Both the position numbers and the translations under genes were made by a program. Below are positions 62,315 through 64,000 of a stretch of DNA of 64,000 nucleotides, piece after piece; the first letter of the stretch is position 1, and each line of letters begins with the position of its first letter. The stretch lies in assembly GCF_009914755.1 (NCBI RefSeq), contig NC_060939.1; one strand, given 5' to 3'. Source of the stretch: the human T2T-CHM13v2.0 reference genome, Homo sapiens. The notes under the pieces were generated by a model. The model ran no database searches. It was not told the origin of the DNA and saw nothing but the letters and a program-made list of their open reading frames with translations.

Positions 62315-62530
62315 ATTTGACACTTAATATGCACATATTATATACCAGGTACTTTCTAGGTGCTTTACCTACTTGGATATTTATTCCTCATAACAACTTT
62401 ATAAGTCAAGTAGTAGTATTATCCCCATCTACAGATGAGGCAACCGAGGTACCCAGAGCTTAAGTGATTTGCTGCAGGTCATGCAGTGAGCAGTGACAAT
62501 GTGATTCCAGAGCCTGTGCTCCTCACAATT
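62315..62530 (-). mobile_element. MIR
   Basis: MIR core attatccccatctacagatgaggcaaccgagg...taagtgatttgc. Confidence 0.7.
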
Positions 62531-64000
62531 ATGCTCAACTACTCCCCTTTGGAAAAATATATTTTATAGCACAGTTTTGTCTTCTGAAAGTTAGTTACGT
62601 AGCAAATCATTTTCATGAGTCAGAAAGCTTGCAAGTCAATACTGTAGGTAACAAATGTCCTTGCCTGGACAAACTCATCAAATTCCCCAGTTTACCCAAA
62701 AAGAGCTCTTATTTTTTGTAATCCTCCAACACACTTTTAAGTGCTTGTGTAATTCATTTACTTATGTCACATAGCACTATATGTCTTTGTAAAAAGGAGC
62801 CTTAACATGTAAGTGCTTAACCTTTATTTCTTAATCATGAGCTTTTAAATTGTTATTGTGCTGACATAATTAGGTGTAGCACCTAAAACGCTTTGTGTGT
62901 ACAGCTATAAAAAGAAAGTAATGTGATCTAGGACAGACAGTAAAGCTGTATCTAGGAAGAAATCCTATGGAAGGTTGAAATTCAATGTGGTAACTGCCAA
63001 TTATCTAAAAGGAAGTCTATTACTTTATGATAAAACTGTCAAAATAATGATTGGGTACTCCTACAAATTGTACAGAGAATCAATAAAACCAATATTACGT
63101 CACAGTTTGAGAATTTAGGAATTCCACTTTTCTTCTTATTCATGAGAAGACGCTAATATATTTAAGAATGAGATGATACGAAGTTTTTCTTTTGTGCTTC
63201 ACCTTATAGCTCTTATTTTAGTTGTTAATACTATTTTGCTTAAGAAGCTTGATGAACAACATTCTTGGAAAATATGAATAGTATTTTTTCATTAGCCAGA
63301 TAAAAATATGCAGACAATATGAGCTATTTTCTTTACAAGAACATAAAATACAACACGTCAAGTAGATTGTAGGTAATTTCTGCTTCATTCAGGACCTATG
63401 TGTTGGCCTCTTGGATTATAGTTGATCTGTGATGTCATTGTATACAAGCTAACCTTTGTATTTTAAAGGGGATTCCCTAACTTATTCTTGCTAAAACTGA
63501 TTATTATGTGTAGGTAAATGTTTTGTCTTCTTCACTAAGCCACCTAATCTCCAATTTCTTGTTTTTGTTTTTCAGCCTGAGAAGATGTTTTATATAATCA
63601 GTACAGGACTAATTTTTCTTGGGCTCAGTGTTCCTTGTCTTGGTTCATTGCCTAGATACATCCATAAATATTTGTTGACTTGAGGTGAATATTTTGTTGA
63701 TAATGTACCTACCATTTCCTTGTGACTCTAGGGTTGAGAGGGTATCAAGAAATTTTGTAGCTAACATGTAAAACATTTCAATAGAACTTTATAGTTTATA
63801 AGAAGTTTTGATATATTTTATTTGACACATAAATAGCTCTGACATAGCTAAGGCAAATGTTATGATTGCATTTTATAAATGATAAACTGAATTTCAGGTT
63901 AAGTGACCAGCTTAGTCATACAGTTAGAAAGGACAAGAGCTGGGACTTGAACTTGGAAAACCCAAGCCTACATGTCCTGCTTACTCTTGTTACATGCCTG

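Overview
Primate, almost certainly human, genomic DNA. It is an internal part of CDIN1 (C15orf41; from memory chr15q14, neighbour of MEIS2), transcribed on the + strand. The window holds the 3' part of the large intron 1, coding exons 2-5 (39790-39835, 40735-40799, 49612-49672, 53346-53418, all GT-AG and frame-compatible) and part of intron 5. Intron 1 carries three processed pseudogenes within about 14.5 kb: TPM3 (+), LARP4 (+) and TPST2 (-). There are also about 17 Alus, old L1 fragments, MaLR/ERV LTRs and Tigger-type DNA transposons. Most ORFs in the supplied track are spurious (Alu, L1 or pseudogene derived). There are no rRNA, tRNA or CRISPR features. The most unusual unexplained structures are: (1) a ~500-bp inverted duplication, not recognised as a TE, in intron 3, with a near-identical, motif-rich core; (2) a cryptic 14-nt poison microexon directly upstream of a (UG)21 tract, the typical TDP-43-repressed architecture; (3) an inverted pair of PBX-HOX sites flanked by MEIS/PKNOX sites in intron 2; (4) an intact 200-codon PAM2w plus La-motif ORF in the sense-oriented LARP4 retrocopy. 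All alignments and counts were done by eye, and repeat subfamily calls and boundaries are approximate.
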